The notes under the pieces are model-generated. The model did not search any database, was not told where the DNA came from, and saw nothing but the letters and a program-made list of their open reading frames with translations. Shown here in pieces: positions 16,719 through 26,400 of a DNA stretch of 51,043 nucleotides (the first letter of the stretch is position 1; every line of letters begins with the position of its first letter). The stretch is from positions 1 through 51,043 of the forward strand of contig CAYYJV010000001.1 of assembly GCA_964472225.1 (NCBI GenBank), given 5' to 3'. The translations under genes and the position numbers were made by a program. This DNA comes from an uncultured Candidatus Saccharibacteria bacterium (GTDB taxonomy: Bacteria > Patescibacteriota > Minisyncoccia > Minisyncoccales > MHMH01).

Positions 16719-17404
16719 GGCTTAACGATGACCACAAATTCTCCCTTTATTTTATCCCCTTCTATAGATTTTATCACATCATCGATGGCCCCCCGATAAA
16801 TCGTTTCGAACTTCTTGGTTAGTTCGCGACAAACCACCAAAGTTGTTGATTTATGGCGATCGCCATACATTAACAACTTCTGTAATTCCTTTAAAGTTTT
16901 TATTATCCGATAGGGAGATTCATAGAAAATTACGGGGTACCTTGAACTGGCCGCTTCTTCGAAAAATTTCTTTCTCTTCTTTTTTGCGGGCGGAAAACCA
17001 AGAAACAAAAATTTATCCATGGGAAATCCAGCAACAGAAGCTGCCGCTATAAGGGCTGAGGGGCCGGGCACGGGTGTAATTTTAACCGAAGCCAGTCCTT
17101 CTCCAATTATTTTCTCAATTAATTTTGAACCAGGATCGGAAATGCCCGGAGTGCCCGCATCTGAAACCAAAGCCAAATCTTTCCCTTCTTTCAAAAACTG
17201 AACTATGCATTCTATTTTCTTCAGCTTTGAATGTTGGTGATAGCTTAAAGTCGGAGTCTTAATTTGATAATGCTCCAGCAGTCTGGCGGTTACTCTGGTG
17301 TCTTCGCATAAAATTAAATCGACGCTTCTAAGAACGTCGAGTGCTCTTGCTGAAGCATCATGAAGATTTCCAATGGGGGTGCCGACAACATACAAAGTGC
17401 TCAT
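16715..17404 (-). CDS. rsmI: 16S rRNA (cytidine1402-2'-O)-methyltransferase
   Basis: 229 aa. LYVVGTPIGNL, CEDTR and SDAGTPGISDPG are typical of RsmI (tetrapyrrole methylase fold). Confidence 0.9.
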   Translation of the reverse strand: MSTLYVVGTPIGNLHDASARALDVLRSVDLILCEDTRVTARLLEHYQIKTPTLSYHQHSKLKKIECIVQFLKEGKDLALVSDAGTPGISDPGSKLIEKIIGEGLASVKITPVPGPSALIAAASVAGFPMDKFLFLGFPPAKKKRKKFFEEAASSRYPVIFYESPYRIIKTLKELQKLLMYGDRHKSTTLVVCRELTKKFETIYRGAIDDVIKSIEGDKIKGEFVVIVKP

Positions 17405-18441
17405 ACCATTACTGCGTTTTCTTCTTTTCTTTTCTTTAAGAAATCTCTTAGAAATTCAAATAAAATTCCGGCTATGGGTATGGCTAATACCCCTCCCATA
17501 ATTCCCCAGAGTTTTCCTCCCATAATTAGGGCGATTAACACCAGGGCCGGGGGAAGATCCACAAATCTCTTACTCAAGATTGGGGTTAAAATATTACCTT
17601 CTATCTGTTGAATGATAATAAAAGCCGCAACAACAAATAAAGCCTTAAGCCAAGAATCCAGAGCCGTCAATAAGGCGATGATAATACCGGCCACCAAGGG
17701 CCCGATAATGGGAATAAAATTGGTGATACCGGCAAAAAAAGCAAAAGAAATTGCATAATCTATTTTTAAAACGTACTCCGAACAAACCACAAAAGTCATC
17801 AAACCCACAAAGACGCTGGAAATAATTCTGGCCCCGAACCACCCCGACACCTTTCTTTGGCTTTTTTCCCAAAGAGTTAAAACGAAGGCCTCATATTTTT
17901 TGGGGGTAAAAATAGCCACCATTCTTTCTACTCCTTTATCTTCCAACGAAATAAAAAGAGCAATGGTAAAAATGGTTACGGCGGCAAAAATCCCGCCGAA
18001 AATAGCTCCCAAGGCGGTAAAAATGTTGGTGGAAGCGTCAGCCAACCAGTTTTGAACGGTTAACGTGAATTTCTCAAAACTTTCAAAGGCTTCAATTTTT
18101 AAGCCTTTCAGAAGAGGTGAGATTTCTTCGAAATAAATGGGAAAATCATCGGAAAAACTCTTGATCTCTTTGCCGAAAACCGGGGCAATCATCCAAATGG
18201 AAACACCCAAAATTCCGAAAATGAAAATATAAACCAAAACTACCGCTGCACCGCGCGGAATGCCTTTTTTATGAAAAAAATTAATGGCCGGGCTGAACAA
18301 TACCGAGATAATCAAAGCGAAAATAACCCAAACTATAACATCTTTCACCAAAAAAAGAATATAAAAAACCAAAGAAGCGATGGCGATTTTAAGAATACTT
18401 CCCCAAGAGATATCTAAAAGTTTATTGTTAACCTCGGTCAT
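17401..18441 (-). CDS. AI-2E family transporter (PerM/YhhT-like permease)
   Basis: 346 aa, multi-pass membrane protein. It has the family-typical IPIIGP and QQIEGNILTP blocks. Confidence 0.85.
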   Translation of the reverse strand: MTEVNNKLLDISWGSILKIAIASLVFYILFLVKDVIVWVIFALIISVLFSPAINFFHKKGIPRGAAVVLVYIFIFGILGVSIWMIAPVFGKEIKSFSDDFPIYFEEISPLLKGLKIEAFESFEKFTLTVQNWLADASTNIFTALGAIFGGIFAAVTIFTIALFISLEDKGVERMVAIFTPKKYEAFVLTLWEKSQRKVSGWFGARIISSVFVGLMTFVVCSEYVLKIDYAISFAFFAGITNFIPIIGPLVAGIIIALLTALDSWLKALFVVAAFIIIQQIEGNILTPILSKRFVDLPPALVLIALIMGGKLWGIMGGVLAIPIAGILFEFLRDFLKKRKEENAVMV

Positions 18442-19703
18442 AATTTTAACAATTTCTTAAATTTATTCTCACCTTTAAAGGGCCCCACCATAGCCAAATT
18501 CAAATTTTTGGGCTGAAAAATATCCTTGGCAACCATTTGAATGTTATCGGCTGAAACTTTATCAATTTTAGCATAAACTTCTTTCAAGGTTAAGATCTCC
18601 TTTTTCAAAAGATCCTGCGTGGCGTAAAAGGAGGCTAGGGCATCAGAGGACTCCAGCATCAAGGCCATTTTCCCTTTGATGTAGTCTTTGACCTTCTTTA
18701 ACTCCGCTAATGGAACCTTCTTTTTGGAAATTTTCTTGTATTCTTTTAAAATCACCGAAATAGCTTTTTCGACGTTTCTATTGTCTACCCCGGCTTGAGT
18801 CATCAATGAACCCGTATCCGGGTTAGAATCAATATTGGTCTTAATGTAATAGGCTATGCCAAGCTTTTCCCGCACTTCTATAAAAAGGCGCGAACTCATC
18901 ATTCCTCCCAAAATTATTCCCAATATATCCTGAGTGTATTTTTGGGGATGAAAAAGATTGTATCCCCGCACTCCCAGACAAAGATGGGTTTGATCGGTTT
19001 TCTTGGGATACAAAAGCAGCTGAGGAGAGCTTTGTTTCTCAACAACCTTTTGCTTTTCTTTTGGAGGGGTACTTCCTATACCAGAAAAATATTTCTTTAT
19101 TTTTTCCACGGCAGGCGAATTGTCTATTTTCCCTGCCACGCAGACAATGGTATTGGCGGCCACATACTGTCTTTTCATATAGTTGAAAAGATCTTTGCGA
19201 CTGATTCCCATTACGCTTTCTTTGGTTCCCGCGATATCCCAGCCGGCTGGCTGATCTCCGTATAAAAGCTGGTTCCATAAAAGCCCGACGTGCAGCATGG
19301 GATTGTCATACTGCATGTTTATTTCTTCAATGATCACCCCTTTTTCTCTTTTGGTTTCTTTTTCCGGAAGAAGACTATTTAAAAAAATGTCCGAGACCCA
19401 ATCCAAAGCCAAATCAAACTTATCTGCAGCCACCTTGGCAAAATACCCGGTATAATCCTCTCCCGTGAAAGCGTTGTAAATGCCTCCGATCTTGTCCAGG
19501 GTTTCGGCAATTTCCAGTTTGTCTGGGCGCTTTTTCGTTCCCTTGAACAACATGTGCTCCAAAAAATGGGAAATACCAGAAGTCTTTTTGGTTTCATATT
19601 TGGAACCCGTTCCCACCAATACTAAAACCGTTACCGCCTGCGTCCCTTTTTGAGGAACGGTAATAATCCTCAACCCATTCTTAAGAGTCGTCTTTTTATA
19701 CAT
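18438..19703 (-). CDS. M16-family zinc peptidase (pitrilysin-like)
   Basis: 421 aa. It has the inverted zincin motif HFLEHMLFKGT. Confidence 0.85.
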   Translation of the reverse strand: MYKKTTLKNGLRIITVPQKGTQAVTVLVLVGTGSKYETKKTSGISHFLEHMLFKGTKKRPDKLEIAETLDKIGGIYNAFTGEDYTGYFAKVAADKFDLALDWVSDIFLNSLLPEKETKREKGVIIEEINMQYDNPMLHVGLLWNQLLYGDQPAGWDIAGTKESVMGISRKDLFNYMKRQYVAANTIVCVAGKIDNSPAVEKIKKYFSGIGSTPPKEKQKVVEKQSSPQLLLYPKKTDQTHLCLGVRGYNLFHPQKYTQDILGIILGGMMSSRLFIEVREKLGIAYYIKTNIDSNPDTGSLMTQAGVDNRNVEKAISVILKEYKKISKKKVPLAELKKVKDYIKGKMALMLESSDALASFYATQDLLKKEILTLKEVYAKIDKVSADNIQMVAKDIFQPKNLNLAMVGPFKGENKFKKLLKL

Positions 19704-21018
19704 CTAATTTCTTTTTAAGAATTTTAGTTAGTTCTTTAATCTTTACTCTTTTTTGCTTCATGGTGTCGCGGTCGCGCAAGGTGACATCTTTTTTCTTTAA
19801 AGTGTCGAAATCTACGGTAATGGCAAAGAGAGTACCAATCTCATCCTGCCGGCGATAGCGGCGACCGATAGAGCCCACCTCGTCGTACTGGACCGCAAAA
19901 TGCGGCTTCAATGTTTTATAAACCTCCTTGGCCATCCTAACCAATTCTGGCTTGTTTTTCACCAAGGGAAGAACGGCCGCTTTAACGGGAGCTAATTTCT
20001 TGTGGAACCTTAACATCACCTCAATCTCTTTAACAGATTCTGTGGTTTTGGTTCTTCCCCCCTTAATTTCTTGATAGGCATCGATTAAAAATGCCAAAAA
20101 GCTCCTGTCGGCCCCGCCGGAAGTTTCAATAATGTAAGGATAGTACCCTTCGTATTTAAGGTCTTGACCGGAATATTTGGAATGGTTTGATAAGTCCCAA
20201 TCTCCCCTATTGTGAATTCCCTCAATTTCTTTCCAGCCGAAAGGAAATTTGTACTCGATATCCACGGCCCTTTTAGCGTAATGGGCCAATTCTTTTTTGG
20301 GGACCTCCCTCGCCCTTAAATTTTCTTTTTTAATTCCCAAATTCAAATACCATTTCATCCTTTCTTTCTTCCAGTATTCAAAAAATTTGGGGGCTGACTT
20401 TGGCTGGCAAAACCACTGCATTTCCATTTGTTCAAATTCGCGGGTCCGGTAAATGAAATTGCCGGGAGTAATCTCGTTACGGAAAGCCTTGCCGATTTGC
20501 GCCACGCCGAAAGGCAACTTCAACCTCATTGAATTAATAATATTATTAAAGTTCACATATATCCCCTGACAGGTCTCAGCCCTCAAGTAGGTAGTAGAAG
20601 CTTTATTTTCTACCGGCCCCACAAATGTTTTCATCATTAGATTAAATTTACGAGGCTCTGTAACCTCCCCCCCGCACTCGGGACAGCGTATAGGGGTTCG
20701 ACCTCTGTGCGTTTCGTCTGGGCGAAAGCGTTTATGGCATTTCTTGCATTCCACCAGTTCATCGGCAAAGCCGGCCGCCAAGTGCCCCGAGGCTTGCCAG
20801 ATTTTGGGTGACATCAAAATGGCCGAGTCCAAACCGACAACGTCATCGTGTCTCATCGTCATTTCCTGCCACCAAGCTTTTTTGATGTTATTTTTCAATT
20901 CCACGCCCAAGGGACCAAAATCATAACCCGAGCCAAAGCCCCCGTATATTTCAGATGACGGGTAAACGAAGCCTCGACGCTTACACAAAGATATGATTTT
21001 CTGCATTAAATCTTCCAT
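19696..21018 (-). CDS. glyQS: Glycyl-tRNA synthetase (class II, alpha2 type)
   Basis: 440 aa. RRGFVYPSSEIYGG, FNLMMKT, the class II motifs and a Cys-rich knuckle (CKKC...CPEC) are present. Confidence 0.95.
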   Translation of the reverse strand: MEDLMQKIISLCKRRGFVYPSSEIYGGFGSGYDFGPLGVELKNNIKKAWWQEMTMRHDDVVGLDSAILMSPKIWQASGHLAAGFADELVECKKCHKRFRPDETHRGRTPIRCPECGGEVTEPRKFNLMMKTFVGPVENKASTTYLRAETCQGIYVNFNNIINSMRLKLPFGVAQIGKAFRNEITPGNFIYRTREFEQMEMQWFCQPKSAPKFFEYWKKERMKWYLNLGIKKENLRAREVPKKELAHYAKRAVDIEYKFPFGWKEIEGIHNRGDWDLSNHSKYSGQDLKYEGYYPYIIETSGGADRSFLAFLIDAYQEIKGGRTKTTESVKEIEVMLRFHKKLAPVKAAVLPLVKNKPELVRMAKEVYKTLKPHFAVQYDEVGSIGRRYRRQDEIGTLFAITVDFDTLKKKDVTLRDRDTMKQKRVKIKELTKILKKKLDV

Positions 21019-21027
21019 AATGATTTC

Positions 21028-22689
21028 CTATTCAATTACTCCCTCAAAAGCTGTAACCGTATCATCGTCGGGTAAAGTAGTATCAATGGGGGCGGCCGTT
21101 CCCTGAACCGTATTTTCTGTAAATTGGTCTTCTCCGGAGATAAGGGCCTCGCCAATTAAAACAGGAGTGGTTCCAACTTGAGAAGAAGAGGGGGAAAGGG
21201 AAACCTGAAAAGAAACATTGGGAGCTCCTTCTAAAATTCCTTTGCCGGCATGCAAGGTTTCCATCTTCCAAATTACTTCCCGCGAAACCGAATCAAAAGT
21301 CAATCTGGCTCCTTCCGGGAAAATTTTGCCAGTAAGTTCTACATTCTTACCCAAAGCCGCTTTGACCTTAACGTTTTTAACGTCGTTGTAATAATTTTTA
21401 GCTTGCCAAGTAATGGTATAGGTGGTTAAATTGCCCACTTTGGGAGGCAGGGGACCCGTGTTGCCGAAAATTTCATCTCGGTAGTATCCCTTCTGGATGA
21501 TTTCCAATTTGGAATTGACTTTAGTGACAAATTCTTCCCTGGCTTGGCTTAAATAAACTTTGTTGCGCAAAACCGGATTTTTGTCTTTTTCCGAAGACAT
21601 CTGCCAGTCATCTTTCAATTCAATCCAAAACTCCACCTTTCCCTCCTCTTGAGCGTCCAAAAATTGAAGCTTGGGCACCCGCCGCCAGTCAAAGATTATT
21701 GAGTTGTCTCCCGCCTCAAACTCCCCTAAAGGAGCTTTGAGCGATTGAAAGTCAAAAGGTTCTCCCTCCAGTTTGGATACTAAAAATAAATTGGTGAAGG
21801 GCTCCTGTCCAATATTTTTAAAATAAATTTCGTAGTGTAAAGTGTCGCCCGGGGTGGCCGTATACTGGGGATTGTTGTTAATTTCCTGGGTGATATATAA
21901 GGAGGGGGTCGCTATTTGAACGGCCCTAACCGCTTCTTTCAAAAAAACAAAGTCCCCATTCTGCCAAGAACCCAATTGGGCTTTGAAATTTTTCTGCTCG
22001 CCCACCTTACCAATAATATTGCCAGTAATTTCAATCCTGCCACCCTCGGCTTTGTTTAAAAGCCCAATTTCCCAGTCTGTTTTCTCCAGGGGTTGAGGGC
22101 GAGCGGATTTAAATTCAAAACCAGATGGATACTCTAATTTTATTCCCAAATTGGCAAGGGGGTAGTTAACATTGGAAAAATAATTCAGTCTAAAAATGAT
22201 CTCCTTGCCAGATTCTATTTTTGAAGGAAGGTCTAATTCCAGCGTTAGGGGAACAGATTTTATTTGAGTGGCATGAGAAGTTTCAGATTCATATCTGGCT
22301 TTTAAGTTTTTGGGGCGATATGACAACCAGGCCTGGGCCTTCTTTACCTCTCCTTCTTTCCCAAATAATCTGGTTTTAAAGTGGAAGGTCTTTTCTTCTC
22401 CCGGGTAAATGTCGTCCAGCACCAATTCCTGCCTCAAGGATGCCCCTTCTTCAGTAATCGAATACTCGGGGTATTCGAAAACTAAACGAGGGTCTTCCAA
22501 TTTAATATTGCCGTTATTCTTGTATTTCACCGTATATTCTATTTCTTGGGCCAATTCTGCTTCTTCTGGGCCCAAAATCTCCAATTTCAAAACTTCTTTA
22601 GAATAAATGTTTTTCTGGTAATACCAAAAACCCACGAGGCCCACGATTGCCGTCGCTATTATAATGAAAAGTATAATTTTATTTCGCAT
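21028..22689 (-). CDS. Membrane-anchored secreted/surface protein with repeated beta-sandwich (DUF11/CARDB-like) modules
   Basis: 553 aa. It has a single N-terminal hydrophobic helix (ILFIIIATAIVGLVGFWYY). Recurrent blocks such as EIEYTVKYKNNGN and GDTLHYEIYFKNIGQ follow. I see no enzymatic motifs. Confidence 0.55.
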   Translation of the reverse strand: MRNKIILFIIIATAIVGLVGFWYYQKNIYSKEVLKLEILGPEEAELAQEIEYTVKYKNNGNIKLEDPRLVFEYPEYSITEEGASLRQELVLDDIYPGEEKTFHFKTRLFGKEGEVKKAQAWLSYRPKNLKARYESETSHATQIKSVPLTLELDLPSKIESGKEIIFRLNYFSNVNYPLANLGIKLEYPSGFEFKSARPQPLEKTDWEIGLLNKAEGGRIEITGNIIGKVGEQKNFKAQLGSWQNGDFVFLKEAVRAVQIATPSLYITQEINNNPQYTATPGDTLHYEIYFKNIGQEPFTNLFLVSKLEGEPFDFQSLKAPLGEFEAGDNSIIFDWRRVPKLQFLDAQEEGKVEFWIELKDDWQMSSEKDKNPVLRNKVYLSQAREEFVTKVNSKLEIIQKGYYRDEIFGNTGPLPPKVGNLTTYTITWQAKNYYNDVKNVKVKAALGKNVELTGKIFPEGARLTFDSVSREVIWKMETLHAGKGILEGAPNVSFQVSLSPSSSQVGTTPVLIGEALISGEDQFTENTVQGTAAPIDTTLPDDDTVTAFEGVIE

Positions 22690-22720
22690 AAGTTATTATG
22701 AATTTTGTTTTACAAAATTG

Positions 22721-22868
22721 GGTCTCCCCCGTTTAGGAAGGCCCGCTGTTCACCCACTGTTCGCACACAGCACACGGCAGCGAAGTGTTATCCGCCACGG
22801 GCGGATTCCCTTGGGGATTCCGGGCAACTCCCGAGAGATTTCTAAAAGAAGGGGGTCGGGGGAAATCC
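22721..22868 (+). repeat. Copy B of the inverted-repeat-bounded GC-rich element, carrying nested modules including the leuS/metG-homologous core (22741-22782)
   Basis: It runs from GGTCTCCCCCG to GGGGGTCGGGGGAAATCC, and the termini pair. Internally it carries the hairpin ATCCGCC-ACG-GGCGGAT and the module TCCGGGCAACTCCCGAGA. The 3' arm (22845-22868) lies inside the recO coding region. Confidence 0.6.
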
Positions 22869-23498
22869 TCTAATTACATCTTTATTATACCATTCAGAAG
22901 CATCTTTTAATAATTCTAAATGAATGGGTTCGAATTTTAATCTCGACAGGGTCTGCCAGTCCTTTTTCAAGATTAACTTTAAAATCTTGGCCAAATCATT
23001 ATCGATTTTCTTGCCGCAAAGGGAATCTCTCTGAAGTTCCGGCGAATACCCAAGAATGGAAGCCAAGCTCCAGAAAAAATAGTAATAAATAATTTTTAAT
23101 TTTAAATTTTTAATTTCATAATCATTTAATTTGTGGAAAACATCCTTGATCAGCTGCCAAATCTGTTCGTCTTTTTCTTCTTGAGGGGTTAAATTATCCA
23201 GAGTTTCGGCGATTTGATAAGCTACTTCTAATCTTTCTAAATCACTTCTTATGTTCTTAAAACTATTAACCAAAATCGCATCCGTCAAAGTTTTATGAGT
23301 TTTTCCCTGGATGAATTCAATCTCTGAAAGATAAAAAAGGCCGGCCCCTCCTCTCAATTTTGACTTGATTTTCCTAATGGCCCTGCCCAGAATCTCCAGT
23401 TTGCCGAAATTCTCGGTGTAAATCGTCAAAAGCCGGTTTGCCTCTCCCAAATCCTTCTTTTTCAAGATTAATCCTTGAGTTCTGTAATGGATAGCCAT
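22842..23498 (-). CDS. recO: DNA repair protein RecO
   Basis: 218 aa. The N-terminal OB-fold block GLILKKKDLGEANRLLTIYTENFGKLEILGRAIRK is typical of RecO. The last residues, GFPPTPFF, are encoded by the repeat arm. Confidence 0.85.
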   Translation of the reverse strand: MAIHYRTQGLILKKKDLGEANRLLTIYTENFGKLEILGRAIRKIKSKLRGGAGLFYLSEIEFIQGKTHKTLTDAILVNSFKNIRSDLERLEVAYQIAETLDNLTPQEEKDEQIWQLIKDVFHKLNDYEIKNLKLKIIYYYFFWSLASILGYSPELQRDSLCGKKIDNDLAKILKLILKKDWQTLSRLKFEPIHLELLKDASEWYNKDVIRGFPPTPFF

Positions 23499-26400
23499 AA
23501 GTTCTGCTGGTCAACTTTTATTTCCCCTTCCACTAGAAAAACTTTCTTCAATTTTCTTTTCAAAACGAAATCTTCGGCCCGGGTTTCTGTTAAAATGTTT
23601 CTTTTGTGCCTTTCCAACACCTTGTTCAATTCCGGGTCGCCGAAATATTGAACCAGAATTTTATCCTTAGGCTTCAAACCGGCTTTTTTCCGTAACGCCT
23701 GGATCTGACGAATAACCTCCCGAACTTGGCCTTCTTCCTTTAAGGCGGGAGTAATTTTGGTGTCTAATTTAAATGTTTTACCCAAAGTAATTTTCTTAAC
23801 GTTGACCTCCTCTTTAATTAATTCTGCTAATTCCTTATCTATCTTTTCTTTAATCCGCAATTCGGCCAACGGCTGGCGTACCTTGATTCCGGCTTTTGAT
23901 CTTTCTGCCAGGGCTAAAGCCACTATTTCTCTCACTTTTTCCATTTTCTGATTCAATCTCTTATCAATCAATCTTTTGTTGGTTTTCGGCCAATTCTCCA
24001 AATGCACACTCCGCGAAGAACGGTTCTCCGTCACACTGCGATAGATTTCTTCGCTAAGAAATGGAATAAAAGGGGCGGCTAATTTAGACAAAGTTTGCAA
24101 AACCAAAGCCAGGGTGCCGGCAGCTTTTGAAAAGCGCTTGCGCGACCTGCGAATATACCAAAGGGAAAGGTCATTAATAACAAAATTTTCGATCGCCCGG
24201 GCGGCTCCTGTTACGTCGTATTTATCAAGCTTGTCGGTCGTTTCTTGAATAAGCTCATGTAGCCTCGAAATAATCCATCTATTTAAAATATGATTGCAAT
24301 ACCTTTTTCCCGATTGGTAAAAATGTGTTACATAGGTTTGGTAAAATTGATAAGAGTTCCAGAAGGTCAAAATAAATTTTTTCAGGGCTTGCTCCACATC
24401 TTTCTCAGAGAAAAGCTTGACATCGCCCGGCTGATTGACCGTGTAGAAATACCAACGGGCGGCGTCGGTTCCGTACTTTTCAATAATATACCAAGGGTCT
24501 ACTACGTTACCCTTGGACTTCGACATTTTTTCTCCTTTTTCATCCAGAACATGACCCAGAGAAATCACATTCTTATAAGGAGGGCCAAAACCCAAAAGAG
24601 TGGAGATAGCCAAAAGAGTATAAAACCAACCTCGAGTTTGATCCACTGCCTCGGAAATATAATCAGCCGGAAACAATTCCGGAGGAATTAATTTTTGATT
24701 TTTGATTTTTGATTTTTGATTTTGAGCGAAGGGCCAATGGCCCTGAGCGAATGGCATGGCTCCGGAATCAAACCAAACGTCGATTAATTCCGGCGTTCTT
24801 TCCATTATATTTTGGCATTTGGGGCAATGAAATTTCACTTCATCAATGTAAGGGCGGTGAAAATCTATTTGTCCCTCTTCGTTTAAAGGAACATTTTTAT
24901 ACTCAATCTTGCGCCACTCTCCTGTTTTGATGTCAGTATTTTTAATGTTCATATTCAGTAGTTCTTGATCGCTCAGCATTTTCACGGCTCCCTCCAGCAG
25001 CCAAAGCGGATCACCGTGGCTGACAATTAAAATGGTTTTATTCTGATGTTTTTTGTCAATTTCGGCAAGCCACCTGACCATTCTCCTCCGACACTCTCCC
25101 CAATTTTCTCCGCCGGCAGAATTTTTACTATAAAATCTTTCCAGGTTTTGGGGGAAAGCCCGGTAAAATTCTTCCTTTTTCTTCCCGTGATAAATCCCCA
25201 AATTGACATCTCGTAATCTTTTATCAAAGATTATTGGCGCCCCTAAATATTTAGCGACGATTTCCGCTGTCTGACGAGTTCTGGCCATATCCGAGGAATA
25301 AATTAAATCTATCCCTTTGCCCTTAAGCTCTCTGGCAGCTTTTTTTATTTGATTCTGGCCGACTTTGGTTAACGGAACGGGTTTACTTTCGGGGAAAGGA
25401 TAAACCCATTCCCTTTTCTTTGTCTGATAAACTGTCTGGCCGTGGCGCAGGATATAATATTTATTAGTGGAAAACTTTTGCTTGATGATATCTTTTTTAG
25501 AGCCGATGATTTCTTGGTGTCCGCATTTCTGGCACTGCCAAATGGGCAAAGGAGTTCCCCAATATCTTTCCCTGGAAAGAGCCCAATCTTTAAGTTCTTT
25601 CAGCCATTCACCAAACCTACCCTCTTTTAAGTGGGGAGGCACCCAATTGATCTTTTGATTGTTTTTGATCAGCTGGCTTTTGGCTTTTTGCATATTAATA
25701 AACCAACTTTCTTTGGCATAATAAAGTAAGGGGGAGGTGCATCTCCAGCAAAAGGGATAATCGTGCTCATATAATTCTTCCTTGAATAAAAGGCCCCTCT
25801 TTTTAAGATTGTCGATAATCAAGGGGTCGGCATCTTTTACCCAGAGGCCTCGCCAGTTTTTTACTTCTTTTTTGAATTTCCCCTCTTCGTTTACATTCAA
25901 TATAACAGGCAGGTTGTTTTTCTTTCCCGCCTCCATGTCTTCCTCACCAAAAGCCGGAGCTATGTGCACCAAGCCCGTTCCTTCTTCTAGGGAAACAAAA
26001 TCCCCAGCAATGACCAGAGCGTAGGGGGGGCCGACCTCTACACGATATGGGGGTTCATATTGTAAGCCCAACAAATCTTTTCCTTTAATTTCCTTCATTA
26101 TCTCGCCCTCAATCCCCAAAGATTCCATCCTCTCTTTGGCCAGAATCAAATATTCTTCTCCGACTTTCATTTTAACGTAAGTAAAATTGGGGTTGACTGC
26201 CACAGCCACGTTCCCCGGCAAAGTCCAGGGAGTGGTCGTCCAAACCAGCAAATAAGAATTTTTGAAATTTGGATTTTGGATTTTGAACTTCACAGAGATA
26301 GCGGGTTCTTTGATTCTTTTATAGCCGAGGGCGACTTCGTGAGATGAAAGACTGGTGCCACATCGAGGACAATAAGGCACCACTTTGTAATCTTTGTACA

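Noticed and set aside
671-16862. Occurrences of GCGATCGC (a HIP1-like palindrome) at ~674 and ~16856.
   Set aside because: I saw only two exact copies, both inside coding regions. That is not enough to claim a HIP1-type over-represented palindrome.
22721-22868. SRP RNA or 6S RNA in the recO-downstream spacer, suggested by the closed terminal stem and a length of ~150 nt.
   Set aside because: No SRP domain IV motif (GGAA tetraloop with the flanking AGCA/GA pattern) is present on either strand. The termini and internal modules recur at other loci, and one arm is coding for RecO.
24691-24724. CRISPR-like or phase-variable contingency repeat interpretation of the heptamer arrays.
   Set aside because: The units are only 7 nt with no spacers, so they are not CRISPR arrays. 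The arrays lie in essential genes and most are imperfect, so programmed phase variation is unlikely.
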